From assembly GCA_965209085.1 (NCBI GenBank), contig OZ242376.1:288001-352000 (forward strand): 64,000 nt of DNA, written 5' to 3'. Within the stretch, counting starts at the first letter, position 1. The number at the start of each line of letters is the position of its first letter. Source of the stretch: Nitrosopumilaceae archaeon (GTDB lineage Archaea; Thermoproteota; Nitrososphaeria; Nitrososphaerales; Nitrosopumilaceae). The position numbers and the translations under genes were made by a program. The notes beneath the pieces were generated by a model that made no database searches, was not told where the DNA came from, and saw nothing but the letters and a program-made list of their open reading frames with translations. Of this stretch, positions 30,014-40,609 are shown one piece after another.

Positions 30014-32278
30014 ATGGATGTGGAAACCACCCAAGAGATGGCATCAAAAATATACTCGATAATGGCCCAGCGCATAGCAGAATACAAAAACACCGCCAAC
30101 CGTCCGCTCACTCTAGCAGAAAAGATAATGGCTGGCCATTATGCAAAAAAACCCGAATCAATTCCAAAAAAAGGAATCGATTACGTATTTTTGCACCCAG
30201 ATAGAGTGGCTTTGCAGGATGTTACAGGACAGATGGTGATGCTACAGTTTATGCTTGCGGAAATGAAACAAACGTCGCTTCCGACAACAGTGCACTGCGA
30301 TCATTTGATACGCGCCGTAAGAGATGGCGAATCGGATACAAAAAATTCACTTGATGAGAACCGCGAGGTGTTTTTATTTTTAGAGTCTGCTGCATCAAAA
30401 TACGGCTGCGGATTTTGGAGGCCGGGTGCGGGAATAATACACCAGGTGGTGCTTGAAAATTACGCGTTTCCAGGGGGACTGCTGATAGGAACTGACTCGC
30501 ACACGCCAAATGCGGGAGGTCTTGGAATGATGGCAATCGGAGTAGGCGGCGTTGATGCAGCTGAAACCATGGCCGGCATGCCATGGGAGATATTGCACCC
30601 AAAACTAATTGGCATAAAACTTGTGGGCAGCTTCAACGGATGGACCTCGCCAAAAGATGTCATATTAAAGGTGGCCGGCGAGCTTGGAGTTTCAGGCGGA
30701 ACAAATTCAATCGTGGAATATTTTGGCCCTGGCGCATCATCATTAAGCTGCACGGGCAAGGCAACAATATGCAACATGGGAGCTGAGATTGGCGCGACCA
30801 CTTCTATATTTGCATACGATGAGAGCATGGGCAGATATCTGCGATCCACTGGCAGAGAAGAGATTGCGAATTTGGCCGATGAGAACAGATATCTGCTGAC
30901 TCCGGACTCAGAAGTTGAATCCGAGCCTGAAAAATACTATGATACAATACTGGAGATTGATCTTTCAACTTTGGAGCCGCATGTGGTAGGACCGCACACA
31001 CCGGATCTTGCCAGGCCAATATCTGAATTTGCCAAAGAGGTGGCCCAGAAAGGATATGTTGACAGGATATCAGTGGCGCTAATCGGCAGTTGTACAAATT
31101 CTTCGTACGAGGACATGTCGCGCGCAGCTGATGTGGCAGGCCAGGCTGCCAAAATGGGCGTCTCTTCTGCCGTGCCGCTGCTTGTCACACCCGGCTCTGA
31201 GATGATACGTGCCACGATAATGCGGGACGGACAGATGAGATCGCTGCAAAAAATCGGTGCCACCGTGCTTGCCAACGCATGCGGTCCGTGCATAGGCCAG
31301 TGGAGCCGTCCGGAACTGCAAAAAGGGGATGCAAATACAATCGTCACATCGTTTAACCGCAACTTTCCGGGACGCAACGACGGCAGGCGGGAGACGATGA
31401 ACTTTATTGCAAGTCCTGAAATTGTTCTAGCGTTCGCACTCGGAGGCAGACTCTCCTTTAATCCAATGCATGACAAGCTGCGTTCATCTGATGGTGCGGA
31501 ATTTTTACTAGAGCCGCCAAAAACCGCGCCGGATGTACCAAAAGACGGATTTGAAAATACCGCGGAAATTTATGTGCCGCCATCAAATGATCCCTCTTCT
31601 GTGCGGATAACGCTTGATCCCTCTAGCAAGAGACTGCAAAAACTTGAACCGTTCAAACCCTGGGATGGGGGGGACTTTGAGGATATGCATTTGATGGCAA
31701 AGGCGCAAGGCAAGTGCACCACGGATCACATATCTCCCGCGGGAGCCTGGCTTTCGCTGCGCGGACACCTTGATGCATTAAGCGATAACATGCTGCTTGG
31801 GGCGGTGAGCGACTTTGATGGCACAATCGGCGAGGGAACAAACGTCCTAAACGGGGAGCGGGCACCGTACGCGCAGATTGCAAGAGAGTACAAAAAACAG
31901 AATATGCGCTGGGTTATAATCGGGGATGAGAATTATGGCGAGGGAAGCAGCAGGGAACATGCTGCAATGACTCCAAGGTATCTTGGATGCGCTGCAGTCA
32001 TTGCCAAAAGTTTTGCCCGCATACACGAGACAAATCTGAAAAAACAGGGCGTGCTTGCACTGGTTTTTGAAAACTCTGACGATTATGCAAAGGTGCAAGA
32101 GGGGGATAAAATATCCCTGCTGGAACTTGGGAGCCTGGCTCCTGACGCGCCGGTAAAATGCATCATACGCCGGAAATCAGGACAGGATGAGATACTGCTG
32201 CATCATTCCTATAATAAAATGCAGCTTGAATGGTTTTATGCCGGTTCGGCACTGAACGTTTTGCGCAAAAAACAGTAG
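30014..32278 (+). CDS. acnA: Aconitate hydratase
   Basis: HCDH, DSHTPN, GSCTNSS, CGPCIG, TTDHIS and GSSREHAA motifs. Confidence 0.97.
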   Translation: MDVETTQEMASKIYSIMAQRIAEYKNTANRPLTLAEKIMAGHYAKKPESIPKKGIDYVFLHPDRVALQDVTGQMVMLQFMLAEMKQTSLPTTVHCDHLIRAVRDGESDTKNSLDENREVFLFLESAASKYGCGFWRPGAGIIHQVVLENYAFPGGLLIGTDSHTPNAGGLGMMAIGVGGVDAAETMAGMPWEILHPKLIGIKLVGSFNGWTSPKDVILKVAGELGVSGGTNSIVEYFGPGASSLSCTGKATICNMGAEIGATTSIFAYDESMGRYLRSTGREEIANLADENRYLLTPDSEVESEPEKYYDTILEIDLSTLEPHVVGPHTPDLARPISEFAKEVAQKGYVDRISVALIGSCTNSSYEDMSRAADVAGQAAKMGVSSAVPLLVTPGSEMIRATIMRDGQMRSLQKIGATVLANACGPCIGQWSRPELQKGDANTIVTSFNRNFPGRNDGRRETMNFIASPEIVLAFALGGRLSFNPMHDKLRSSDGAEFLLEPPKTAPDVPKDGFENTAEIYVPPSNDPSSVRITLDPSSKRLQKLEPFKPWDGGDFEDMHLMAKAQGKCTTDHISPAGAWLSLRGHLDALSDNMLLGAVSDFDGTIGEGTNVLNGERAPYAQIAREYKKQNMRWVIIGDENYGEGSSREHAAMTPRYLGCAAVIAKSFARIHETNLKKQGVLALVFENSDDYAKVQEGDKISLLELGSLAPDAPVKCIIRRKSGQDEILLHHSYNKMQLEWFYAGSALNVLRKKQ

Positions 32279-32282
32279 GATG

Positions 32283-32427
32283 TGGGGCCGACCGGAATTG
32301 AACCGGCGACCTACGGGTCACTGCAGCTCCAAACTTACATCATTCCTGAGTCAGAAGTTTAGCGACCTCTGGAGCCCTTTGCGGTGATTTATCGCACTGT
32401 CGCCCTACCAGGCTAGGCTACGACCCC
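32283..32427 (-). tRNA. tRNA-Trp(CCA) with two introns (about 32378-32398 non-canonical; 32319-32368 canonical)
   Basis: Removing both inserts gives ACGGG-CTCCAGA-CCCGT and a complete cloverleaf. Confidence 0.9.
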
Positions 32428-32504
32428 ACGAATGTGCCATGTTGCAACCTGAATTTAAGTTGTTTTTGACAATCTTAATGAATACTCTATAGTGAAAAGC
32501 ATGT

Positions 32505-33032
32505 ATGGTAAAACCTGTAACCGTTTTGGCTGCGGCCATACCCGCAGCTGTTGCAATACTGTTTGCGGCGGCACTTTTGGGACAGGATCAGATTCCGTTT
32601 CAGGCTGCCGGTCCATACGACCGACTGGATATAGAGTATGCCCGCCACGAGGTGCGTCTTGTACAGTATGGTGTGGTGGAAAACAAAGTATCGCTATCAA
32701 GTGAGTTGCTTTTGCTGCGCGATGACGGTTCTGCAGAATATACTACGGTAACAGCAGATGGCGCATCGTCGACAATACAGTATTCTGTGGGTGCAGATGG
32801 CGTCAACCGGCTAAAGGCGCTGATAAAAGAGACGGGGTTTTCCTCCATTAATGCAAAATTTCCAATATCTGAGAACACCCCCGAATATACAGTATCGACA
32901 ATAAAGGTAAACCTAAACGGGGATCGATCGCAGATTCGATGGCCCGAGCAGAACGCAACTGACGCGTTTATTCCGCCAGTTATTACAGCAGTAGAGGATG
33001 AGATTGATAAAATAATCCGCATGGCTCCGTAA
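32505..33032 (+). CDS. Secreted or membrane-anchored hypothetical protein
   Basis: N-terminal hydrophobic helix followed by a beta-rich domain. Confidence 0.75.
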   Translation: MVKPVTVLAAAIPAAVAILFAAALLGQDQIPFQAAGPYDRLDIEYARHEVRLVQYGVVENKVSLSSELLLLRDDGSAEYTTVTADGASSTIQYSVGADGVNRLKALIKETGFSSINAKFPISENTPEYTVSTIKVNLNGDRSQIRWPEQNATDAFIPPVITAVEDEIDKIIRMAP

Positions 33033-33105
33033 TTTTTGCAGACTATGGATTCATTGTACAAATCCGTGCCCAAACTAGAAATAGCTACTGCCACTCTCAT
33101 ACAGC

Positions 33106-34062
33106 ATGATCTCACTTGCAGGCAATATTCCTGATGCAAAAGGCAGGGTGGAATCGGAGGGTAGAATTCGAGGATCATCTGAGGTAAAGCGCGGCTTTGC
33201 GCACATGCTAAAGAACGGCGTGGTAATGGACGTTACCACAGTAGAGCAGGCAAAGATTGCGGAAAAAGCCGGAGCTGTTTCTGTAATGGTGCTAGACAAA
33301 CTTCCTTCGGACGTGCGTAAGGCGGGCGGTGTTGCGCGCACTGCAAGTATAAAAATAATAAAAGAAATCATGGATTCAGTTACAATACCTGTAATGGCAA
33401 AATGCCGCATCGGACACGGATATGAGGCAAAAATACTTGCGGAAACGGACGTTGACATGATTGACGAATCTGAAGTTTTAACGCCGGCAGATGAGCTGCG
33501 CCACATTTGGAAATGGGATTACACCACCCCTTTTGTAAACGGAGCTAGGTCTTTGGATGAGGCACTGCGCCGCATAGAAGAGGGCGCAGCTATGATACGC
33601 ACCAAAGGCGAACCGGGTACTGGAAACGTTGCCGAAGCTGTAACCCACATCAAAAAGGTAAATGACGGACTGCGGCTGATAAAATCCGTATACGATTCAG
33701 GCGACACGCAGGAGCTTGTGCGCATATGCCGGCAGATGCGCGTATCGTATGAAATGGTAAAAGAGACCGCAAAACTTGGCCGCCTTCCGGTGGTGAATTT
33801 TGCAGCAGGAGGAATTGCCACACCAGCTGATGCTGCATACCTGATGTCGCTTGGATGCGACGGCGTGTTTGTGGGATCCGGAATATTCTCATCTGATGAT
33901 GCACAACGCCGGGCGCGCTCCATCGTACTTGCCACTACATACTGGAAAAACCCCTCCAAAGTGGCAGAGGCGCAAAATATGATAGACGAGAGGCAGTCAA
34001 TGCTGGGATTGGATGCCGAATCAATCCACCTGAAAATGCAGGAGCGGGGTGCTGACGCATGA
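33106..34062 (+). CDS. pdxS: Pyridoxal 5'-phosphate synthase lyase subunit
   Basis: [20 protein letters not shown] and [11 protein letters not shown] motifs. Confidence 0.97.
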   Translation: MISLAGNIPDAKGRVESEGRIRGSSEVKRGFAHMLKNGVVMDVTTVEQAKIAEKAGAVSVMVLDKLPSDVRKAGGVARTASIKIIKEIMDSVTIPVMAKCRIGHGYEAKILAETDVDMIDESEVLTPADELRHIWKWDYTTPFVNGARSLDEALRRIEEGAAMIRTKGEPGTGNVAEAVTHIKKVNDGLRLIKSVYDSGDTQELVRICRQMRVSYEMVKETAKLGRLPVVNFAAGGIATPADAAYLMSLGCDGVFVGSGIFSSDDAQRRARSIVLATTYWKNPSKVAEAQNMIDERQSMLGLDAESIHLKMQERGADA

Positions 34063-34658
34063 AAACTGTGGGGGTGTATTCTGTACAGGGCGATGTTGCA
34101 GAAAACATTGCAGCACTTGAAAACGCATCACTGCACGGCTCTGTAAAATGCACCGCAAAGACTGTCATATCTCCTGAGCAGATAATGAATCTTGACGCAC
34201 TGGTAATTCCGGGCGGGGAGAGCACCGTGATTGGGGGTGCCGGATTTGAAGATGGGGCACTGCAGGCGATAAAAGACAAAGTCGGTGCCGGAATGCCCGT
34301 ACTTGGAGTGTGCGCCGGAATGGTTTTGCTCTCAAAACAGGCATCGGATAAAACAATCGGAACCACAGGACAGCCGCTGCTAGGACTGCTTGACATGCAG
34401 GTGGAACGCAATTCGTTTGGACGGCAGAGCAAATCATTTGAAACCGATATTGACATAAAAGCGCTTAAAATTACAAAAATGCGCGCGTTGTTTATCCGCT
34501 CGCCTTCCGTACTTGCAACAGGTTCCAAAGTTGAATCCATTGCAGAGTTTGAGGGTAAAATTGTGGCAGTCCGTTCGGGAAAAATATTAGCAACCTCGTT
34601 TCATCCGGAACTTTGCGAGGATACCCTGCTGTATGAGCGGTTCCTTGAAACTATTTGA
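34059..34658 (+). CDS. pdxT: PLP synthase glutaminase subunit
   Basis: PGGEST, GVCAG and FHPE motifs. Confidence 0.96.
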   Translation: MKTVGVYSVQGDVAENIAALENASLHGSVKCTAKTVISPEQIMNLDALVIPGGESTVIGGAGFEDGALQAIKDKVGAGMPVLGVCAGMVLLSKQASDKTIGTTGQPLLGLLDMQVERNSFGRQSKSFETDIDIKALKITKMRALFIRSPSVLATGSKVESIAEFEGKIVAVRSGKILATSFHPELCEDTLLYERFLETI

Positions 34659-35250
34659 ACCGCTCTAAAATTGAAAATGCCGCCATGTTGTTCATGGCTA
34701 TTCCGCAGTACTGGGCGTTTTTTCTGGTTTTCTCGCAGTATTTGTTTACTTTTTTGTGGGACTGTTCTGCGGCAATCTCTAGGATGACCGCGTGTTTGTA
34801 GGGAAAATCAAATTTCTGCGGAATCGGGGAATGGATGCGCATATTGCATACGCTTGCAGTACACACCCTGTCCCTTTTCACTACGACTGATGCCACACTT
34901 GATACGTCATCCTCGACTGCCTCGTATTCAAGATAATACGCGCTTACAAACGTGGCCCGGCTCTCCAAGTCGCGATCAAAGAGGTCTTCGGCGGTGTGGA
35001 ATACAAACGATGCCTTTTCGGCGCCGTATCCTGCGACGTCTTTTTCAACCTTTAAAGTATCTGAGCATTTTGCAATCATGTACAAATTGGATGTCTCATT
35101 CAGATACTGCTTTACGTCCCTTGGAAACGTTGCCGTAACAAGGAACACCTCGTGGACGTTTTTGGAGTCAATCCACGAGTCTTTTATCCTGATGGATTCG
35201 GCGTTGTGCATGTCCGGCACGCACACATATCCGTCCATATTTTTACCCAT
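34651..35250 (-). CDS. Conserved hypothetical protein
   Basis: 199-aa ORF filling the gap between convergent genes. Confidence 0.7.
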   Translation of the reverse strand: MGKNMDGYVCVPDMHNAESIRIKDSWIDSKNVHEVFLVTATFPRDVKQYLNETSNLYMIAKCSDTLKVEKDVAGYGAEKASFVFHTAEDLFDRDLESRATFVSAYYLEYEAVEDDVSSVASVVVKRDRVCTASVCNMRIHSPIPQKFDFPYKHAVILEIAAEQSHKKVNKYCEKTRKNAQYCGIAMNNMAAFSILERFK

Positions 35251-35373
35251 AAGCCTCTTGTCACGACAACTGCTAGGTAATTAAGATTTACAAAAAACCC
35301 GAGTACGGGGTATCTTCATTTATTGTGCATGCTGTACAAACCTGACATCAATTAAATACATGAGGACATTAGC

Positions 35374-35889
35374 ATGCGTATGTTTGGAGGAAAACCCATT
35401 TTACAGGAGGGCCAGTATGTCTTTGCGGCAGTGGGCAATGATGAATACCGCAACTTTGTAATCGGCGTCGTAACCGGAGTGGACGGCAAAAGCGTGGGCA
35501 TTAACGGAATTCTTGTAAACCCTGTAGGATTAAAAAACAAAGTGGGAGAAAATAAAGCCGGACCGCGTTCGGTGGAAATTCTGACAAATCCCACTTCTGA
35601 GAACTGTATATTTTCGCTGATTTACAGGGTAGAATATGAAAATTTTACCGGCGTACTGCACGAGACTGAAAACCGCATAGAGCACATGCCTCCGCGTACA
35701 TATGCAGTTATTGACGGATGGCTGCGCGAATCAATTCCCGATCTGATAAACGCAGTATTATCACAGAATGCCGGCGATGATCGGGACAAGGCAAAGTCAA
35801 TACTGCGTGGAAAAATGGAATCACTGCGCGAGAAAAGCCTGCGCAGAAACTTGTATTCGGTATGCCGCAGTCTGAAAATTCTGACATAA
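35374..35889 (+). CDS. Conserved hypothetical protein
   Basis: 171-aa ORF with backbone composition. Confidence 0.75.
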   Translation: MRMFGGKPILQEGQYVFAAVGNDEYRNFVIGVVTGVDGKSVGINGILVNPVGLKNKVGENKAGPRSVEILTNPTSENCIFSLIYRVEYENFTGVLHETENRIEHMPPRTYAVIDGWLRESIPDLINAVLSQNAGDDRDKAKSILRGKMESLREKSLRRNLYSVCRSLKILT

Positions 35890-35930
35890 ATTTTGTAAAT
35901 TGACAATATTTGGAAATAATTTTGCCCGGT

Positions 35931-36233
35931 TTATCCAAACAGTGAAGAGAGGCCTTCCATTGCCTCGTCTGCGGATTTTCCATCCTCTTTGGGTTTTTCT
36001 TCCTTTTTGGCATTGTCTTTGGCTTCTGCTGCAGGTGCTGCCGCGGCTGCAACTGTTACCGGAGCTGCCTTTATGGCCTCTTCGATATTTACGTCTGCGA
36101 GTGCTGCAACTAGGGATTTGACCTGTGCCTCGTTTACATTAGTACCTGCCGCCTTTACAACGGATGTAATGTTTTCTTCACTGACATCTTTTTGCAATTT
36201 GTGCAAAAGCAGTGCCGCATAGACGTATTCCAT
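35931..36233 (-). CDS. rpl12: 50S ribosomal protein L12 (aP1)
   Basis: MEYVYAALLLH...GLSSLFG. Confidence 0.97.
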   Translation of the reverse strand: MEYVYAALLLHKLQKDVSEENITSVVKAAGTNVNEAQVKSLVAALADVNIEEAIKAAPVTVAAAAAPAAEAKDNAKKEEKPKEDGKSADEAMEGLSSLFG

Positions 36234-36286
36234 AAATAAAAGCCCCATGGGACATAATATAAAACTATACTGAGCAGTTGCAGTTC

Positions 36287-37141
36287 CTATTTTGATTCGT
36301 ATTTGGAGGTGGATGCCACAGAAGATGCCTGTGCGTTCGCCTTTTGCAGAATCGGCTTTATTGTATCCTTTGTGGGATATCCTGATTCTGTCGAGAGTGA
36401 GAGTGCGTTTCTTGACGCTTCTGCAAGTATGCCCCTGATGTTTTCTGCTGTAACGTATCCGGCCTTTATTGAGAGCGCTACGGCTTTGGCGTGCGAGCTG
36501 GCAAATTCAGCCCTTATCGCTTCAACGTCAACTAGGAGATCCTCTGCGCTATACATGAGACCATCTTCAAGGGCACCATCAAGCACTATGCCAGCCTCTA
36601 TGGGTTTTATGTCAAGTTTTGTGAGTAATGCTGCAATCTTTTCAGGTACCGGCTCGCCTTTTTTGACCGGTATCGTCTCCTCTGTAATCCAAATGGTGCC
36701 CTGGTCTATCTTTGTGGGTATTTTTGCCTCTTTGAAATCAGTAAGCATGGGTCCTGGAGCGACTCCGGTGTTTTTTGGCGGAACCACCACGTCAATGCTG
36801 GCAATATCGCCGCCTCTGGCGGGCATCATTATTTTGTTTTTAGCCAACAATACGTTGAGCTTGAACGGGGACATGTTTGTAAACATTAGCATGCACTGGC
36901 CGCCGAGACGTTCGGCCATCTCTTTTATGCCTAATTCGCCAAATGCTTTTTTGACCACACGGTTTTTGACGCTTAAAAATTCCACATCTCCGAGAAGTTT
37001 TCTGCGCAGATCAAGTATCTGCGATGCGCGAACTTTGTCCATCTTTACAAGCGCCATTACTTTGTATTTTTTTGGTAGCTCTGTTGCCTGTTTGTACATT
37101 TGCACTTTTTTTTCGGGAAACTTTGTACTGTTTTGTCGCAT
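36287..37141 (-). CDS. rpl10: 50S ribosomal protein L10 (P0)
   Basis: KNRV, FTNMSPF and TGVAPGP motifs; operon position. Confidence 0.96.
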   Translation of the reverse strand: MRQNSTKFPEKKVQMYKQATELPKKYKVMALVKMDKVRASQILDLRRKLLGDVEFLSVKNRVVKKAFGELGIKEMAERLGGQCMLMFTNMSPFKLNVLLAKNKIMMPARGGDIASIDVVVPPKNTGVAPGPMLTDFKEAKIPTKIDQGTIWITEETIPVKKGEPVPEKIAALLTKLDIKPIEAGIVLDGALEDGLMYSAEDLLVDVEAIRAEFASSHAKAVALSIKAGYVTAENIRGILAEASRNALSLSTESGYPTKDTIKPILQKANAQASSVASTSKYESK

Positions 37142-37144
37142 TTC

Positions 37145-37804
37145 CTAACCCTTTTTCCTAGTCCGTATGATCTGTTTTACCACCGGTCCCATTGTTGTCT
37201 TTACCAAAATTCTCTTTATGTTTTTCTCGCCGTTTGGAAGTTTCTTTTCAACTGCGTTTATTACGATAAGTGCGTTTGCAGCCAAATCCGCATCGTCCAT
37301 CCCCTCGTTGCCTATTTTACAGGACATTGCAAGCGAGCTGCGTACTCTAACTCTGACCGAAGTGCGGAACCTCTCAAGAAAAGATTCAATCGGTGCGTTG
37401 AACGGAACCGGCGTTGGCATTTTGCCTCTTGGACCAAGCATTTGTCCCAAAACTTTTCCCACCAGGGGCATCAGTTTTGTATCCGCCAGAAAAAAATCAT
37501 ACCTGCCGACAAACTTGCGCGATTCGCGTTTGTTTGTACCAAGCTTGTTTAACTCGTCTGTATCCACCACTTTGTCAGCTTTGGCAGTTTTTGCCTTTAG
37601 GTTCATATCGCCTGTGGCCATTACGCACACCTGCGCTGGAGCACTGGTCTTTGCAAGCTGTACTGTTTCGTTTATGGCAAAACCTTTCTTGACGTCAATG
37701 TCCTTGAATGTCATTATCAGCTCTACTGACTGTTTGAATTTTAGCTTTTTTGCACCATCTTTTGCCTTGTTTACCATCTCTAATATCTCAGATTCTGCTA
37801 CCAT
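37145..37804 (-). CDS. rpl1: 50S ribosomal protein L1
   Basis: FKQSVEL, LGPRGKMP and KTTMG motifs. Confidence 0.97.
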   Translation of the reverse strand: MVAESEILEMVNKAKDGAKKLKFKQSVELIMTFKDIDVKKGFAINETVQLAKTSAPAQVCVMATGDMNLKAKTAKADKVVDTDELNKLGTNKRESRKFVGRYDFFLADTKLMPLVGKVLGQMLGPRGKMPTPVPFNAPIESFLERFRTSVRVRVRSSLAMSCKIGNEGMDDADLAANALIVINAVEKKLPNGEKNIKRILVKTTMGPVVKQIIRTRKKG

Positions 37805-37896
37805 GAATTAAAACCCCAATCTCCTATTTAAAATCGTTTAGCGAAGAATACTTTACGGGCATGCTTATTAACATACAAACGACGGTTAAAGAGATA

Positions 37897-38346
37897 ATGC
37901 ACCCTTTTGATGATTTGGACAAAAATCTGCTTACCGAGCTCTCAAAGGACAGTTCCATATCAATACCGCTTTTGGCCAAAAAACTAGACTCCAAACAGTC
38001 GGTTCTGTATGGCCGAATAAAACGCCTGCGCAGTGCGGGGGTCATACAAAAATTTACCATCATCGTAGATGATAAAGTGCTCGGAGTGGGAGTAAAGGCC
38101 ACGATTGGCATATCAAGAAACCCGCAGGTAAAAACCGAGATTCACAAGGCGCTTGAATCCACATCCGAAGTGGATGAGATATCCGAGGTGACCGGCAGAT
38201 TTGACATGCTCGTACGCATACGTGCAAAAGATCTTGAAGGGCTGCACAACATTGTGATAGATAAGATTGGAAAGATAAACGGTATTTACAATACAGAAAC
38301 ATTTATCGATCTGCAAAAAACAGAGAAAAATCCAACATTTTCCTAG
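37897..38346 (+). CDS. Lrp/AsnC family transcriptional regulator
   Basis: N-terminal HTH ending RIKRL..AGVIQKF; VTGRFD. Confidence 0.93.
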   Translation: MHPFDDLDKNLLTELSKDSSISIPLLAKKLDSKQSVLYGRIKRLRSAGVIQKFTIIVDDKVLGVGVKATIGISRNPQVKTEIHKALESTSEVDEISEVTGRFDMLVRIRAKDLEGLHNIVIDKIGKINGIYNTETFIDLQKTEKNPTFS

Positions 38347-38825
38347 GCGAACGCCTGATCCCACTTGCCTTCGTTTATCTCAGCTGTAGCTTCGGCGGGA
38401 GTCTTACCCTCCACCTTTATGCCAAGCGTCCGGCAGGTGCCTACAATCGACTTTACAACCGATTTAAGAGATGTCGCATACGAATCATCCATCTTTGTTT
38501 TTGCCACTTTGGCAATGGATTCCATCTTTATGTCGCCAACCCATTCGGTGCCTGCGGTTCCGGTGCCTTTTTTAATTCCAATTTCTTTTAAAATAAGGGC
38601 TGATGCGGACGGAATGCCTATTGTAATGTCCCATTTTTTCGTGTCCGTATCAATTGAAACCGTAACAGGAACCTTCATGCCTTCAAAATCTTTTGTCTTT
38701 TCGTTGATGGCGTTTACGATCTCCATTATATTGACGCCAAGCGGACCCAAAGCCGGACCCAAAGGAGGACCAGCGGATGCTGCACCGCCCGTAACCAGTG
38801 ATGATATTTTCTGCATTTCGCCCAT
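38343..38825 (-). CDS. rpl11: 50S ribosomal protein L11
   Basis: GPPLGPALGPLG motif. Confidence 0.97.
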   Translation of the reverse strand: MGEMQKISSLVTGGAASAGPPLGPALGPLGVNIMEIVNAINEKTKDFEGMKVPVTVSIDTDTKKWDITIGIPSASALILKEIGIKKGTGTAGTEWVGDIKMESIAKVAKTKMDDSYATSLKSVVKSIVGTCRTLGIKVEGKTPAEATAEINEGKWDQAFA

Positions 38826-38853
38826 TACAAACGCGTATCCTTGTACATGTGAT

Positions 38854-39321
38854 TTATTCCTTGCCTTTGACTTCTGCGGGTTTTAGATAGTTTGCATCCA
38901 CGGTTACGGGAAGCTGGTATGCGGCGTCTAGCAGCACGACTGTCGCCTCTTCTTTTTCATGATCAATCCTTGATACTGTGGCATTCATTCCCTTGAACGG
39001 ACCGCCGGTAATCTCAACAGTGCCGTCCACATGGAGCTGTTTTACGGTGGATCTCTTTACAAGATAACCCTCTATATCGTCAAATGTAAGCTCCCCTCTC
39101 AGCTGTCCCCTGATGTGGCGCACTCCGTCCACTGCCTGGTATGCAGCATTTGGGTTTTCAACCTCTACTACAACGTATCCTTTTAATCCGTCCACCAAAA
39201 GTACGGACATTACGTTGAGTTTGTTCCTGCGTGCCTTTACCTCCAAAAGACCCATGACGACCTTTTCCTGACCTCCGGTGGTTCTGATTGCAAACAGGTG
39301 GGATTGTTTCTCTTCGGACAT
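38854..39321 (-). CDS. spt5: Transcription elongation factor Spt5
   Basis: RTTGGQE, KGYV and KOW motif GGPFKG. Confidence 0.96.
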   Translation of the reverse strand: MSEEKQSHLFAIRTTGGQEKVVMGLLEVKARRNKLNVMSVLLVDGLKGYVVVEVENPNAAYQAVDGVRHIRGQLRGELTFDDIEGYLVKRSTVKQLHVDGTVEITGGPFKGMNATVSRIDHEKEEATVVLLDAAYQLPVTVDANYLKPAEVKGKE

Positions 39322-39322
39322 T

Positions 39323-39496
39323 TTATTCACCAATTGTGATTACCGAAAAGACAAACTGGATGATAAATCCGATTGTACCCACTCCGGCTATACCCAAAAG
39401 CACCAGCCGCAGGTGTTGTACATAGTCTTCCTTGTCGGATTTTTTGGCAATCTTTATCGTATTTGACATGTTTCTCAGCGTCTGTCTTGGGTTCAC
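39323..39496 (-). CDS. secE: Protein translocase subunit SecE/Sec61-gamma
   Basis: Manual translation MNPRQTLRNMSNTIKIAKKSDKEDY...GIAGVGTIGFII; lies upstream of spt5; below the ORF track cutoff. Confidence 0.9.
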   Translation of the reverse strand: MNPRQTLRNMSNTIKIAKKSDKEDYVQHLRLVLLGIAGVGTIGFIIQFVFSVITIGE

Positions 39497-39533
39497 GGGG
39501 GCAATTATTAAGGCGTCCTTATATCCCTTTCAT

Positions 39534-40310
39534 GTGGATTTGTTAGTGGCATCGCGTGAGGATCCCGCCGGTCTGAACATGGCCAATCACATAGCTTCAG
39601 GCATGAATGGCTCCGGCTCTGAATTTTCCGGTGATCTCTATGATCTGCTGATAATTGACACTCCTACAATCTCATCTGATCATCTCTCCGGTATGACCGG
39701 ATATGATGCATGCGTATTTTTATCGCGGCATGCTGCCGAATCCGGCAAACTTGCTTTGACGTGCCACTGTACTGGAAATTTCAACGACGCACTATATGGG
39801 GGATTTCCAAAACAGATGGCAGTGCCGTACCCGGCGTTTCAAAAACAGTACATGAAGGTTCTCTTGGAGAGGGAAAAAGAGTTTGAAAGATTTCAAATTA
39901 CACTGGAAGCTACGCACCATGGTCCGACATCGCTTGGGATTCCGTCCGTATTTGTAGAGGTTGGAACAACGCCGGAACAGTGGAACGATACCCTGCTGTG
40001 CGCCAGGGTTGCTGACGCTGTGACAGAAACGTACAGGAGAAAAATACCCGAGGCTCCGCACGCAATATGCTTTGGCGGAACGCACTATCCTGAAAAATTT
40101 ACAGAAATGGTTTTGCACGGCAAATACGCCCTTGGAACAATCGTGCCAAAACATTCCATGGAATACGTTGATGGGAAAATGTTTTCACACATACTAGAGC
40201 GCAATCCTGGTGTAAAAACCGTGCTGCTTGATTCTGGGGGACTTGGAAAGTACAAGGCGGACATTGTATCAATGGCCGAAACATCAAATCTTGAGGTTGT
40301 AAAACTGTGA
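39534..40310 (+). CDS. dtdA: D-aminoacyl-tRNA deacylase (DTD2)
   Basis: SRH, LTCH.TGN, EATHHGP, FVEVG and GGTHY motifs. Confidence 0.93.
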   Translation: MDLLVASREDPAGLNMANHIASGMNGSGSEFSGDLYDLLIIDTPTISSDHLSGMTGYDACVFLSRHAAESGKLALTCHCTGNFNDALYGGFPKQMAVPYPAFQKQYMKVLLEREKEFERFQITLEATHHGPTSLGIPSVFVEVGTTPEQWNDTLLCARVADAVTETYRRKIPEAPHAICFGGTHYPEKFTEMVLHGKYALGTIVPKHSMEYVDGKMFSHILERNPGVKTVLLDSGGLGKYKADIVSMAETSNLEVVKL

Positions 40311-40609
40311 GTGAGCTCTCATCACGCGTGTACAAAAAACTTCTCAAAGTTCCAAAGGGGCGCGTTACAACGTATGCGGAACTTGCAAGGGCAGTGGGCG
40401 TTGAAAACGGCCAGCGCGCCATTGGAAATATTATGAACAAAAACCCAAACCCGATAATCGTCCCGTGCCACCGGGTGGTAAGATCCGACGGCTCGATAGG
40501 CGGATACGCGTTTGGTCAGGCAGAGAAAGAGCTTCTTTTATCATCAGAAGGCGTAAACATAAAGGACGGCCGCATTGTAAATATGGACGAGACAGTATAC
40601 CGGTTTTAG
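40307..40609 (+). CDS. ogt: O6-methylguanine-DNA methyltransferase family protein
   Basis: PCHRVV active-site motif. Confidence 0.93.
   Translation: MSELSSRVYKKLLKVPKGRVTTYAELARAVGVENGQRAIGNIMNKNPNPIIVPCHRVVRSDGSIGGYAFGQAEKELLLSSEGVNIKDGRIVNMDETVYRF

Noticed and set aside
36303-38886. Long antisense ORFs (281, 214 and 173 aa) over ribosomal protein genes, and similar shadows elsewhere
   Set aside because: They mirror well-supported genes on the opposite strand and carry no motifs.
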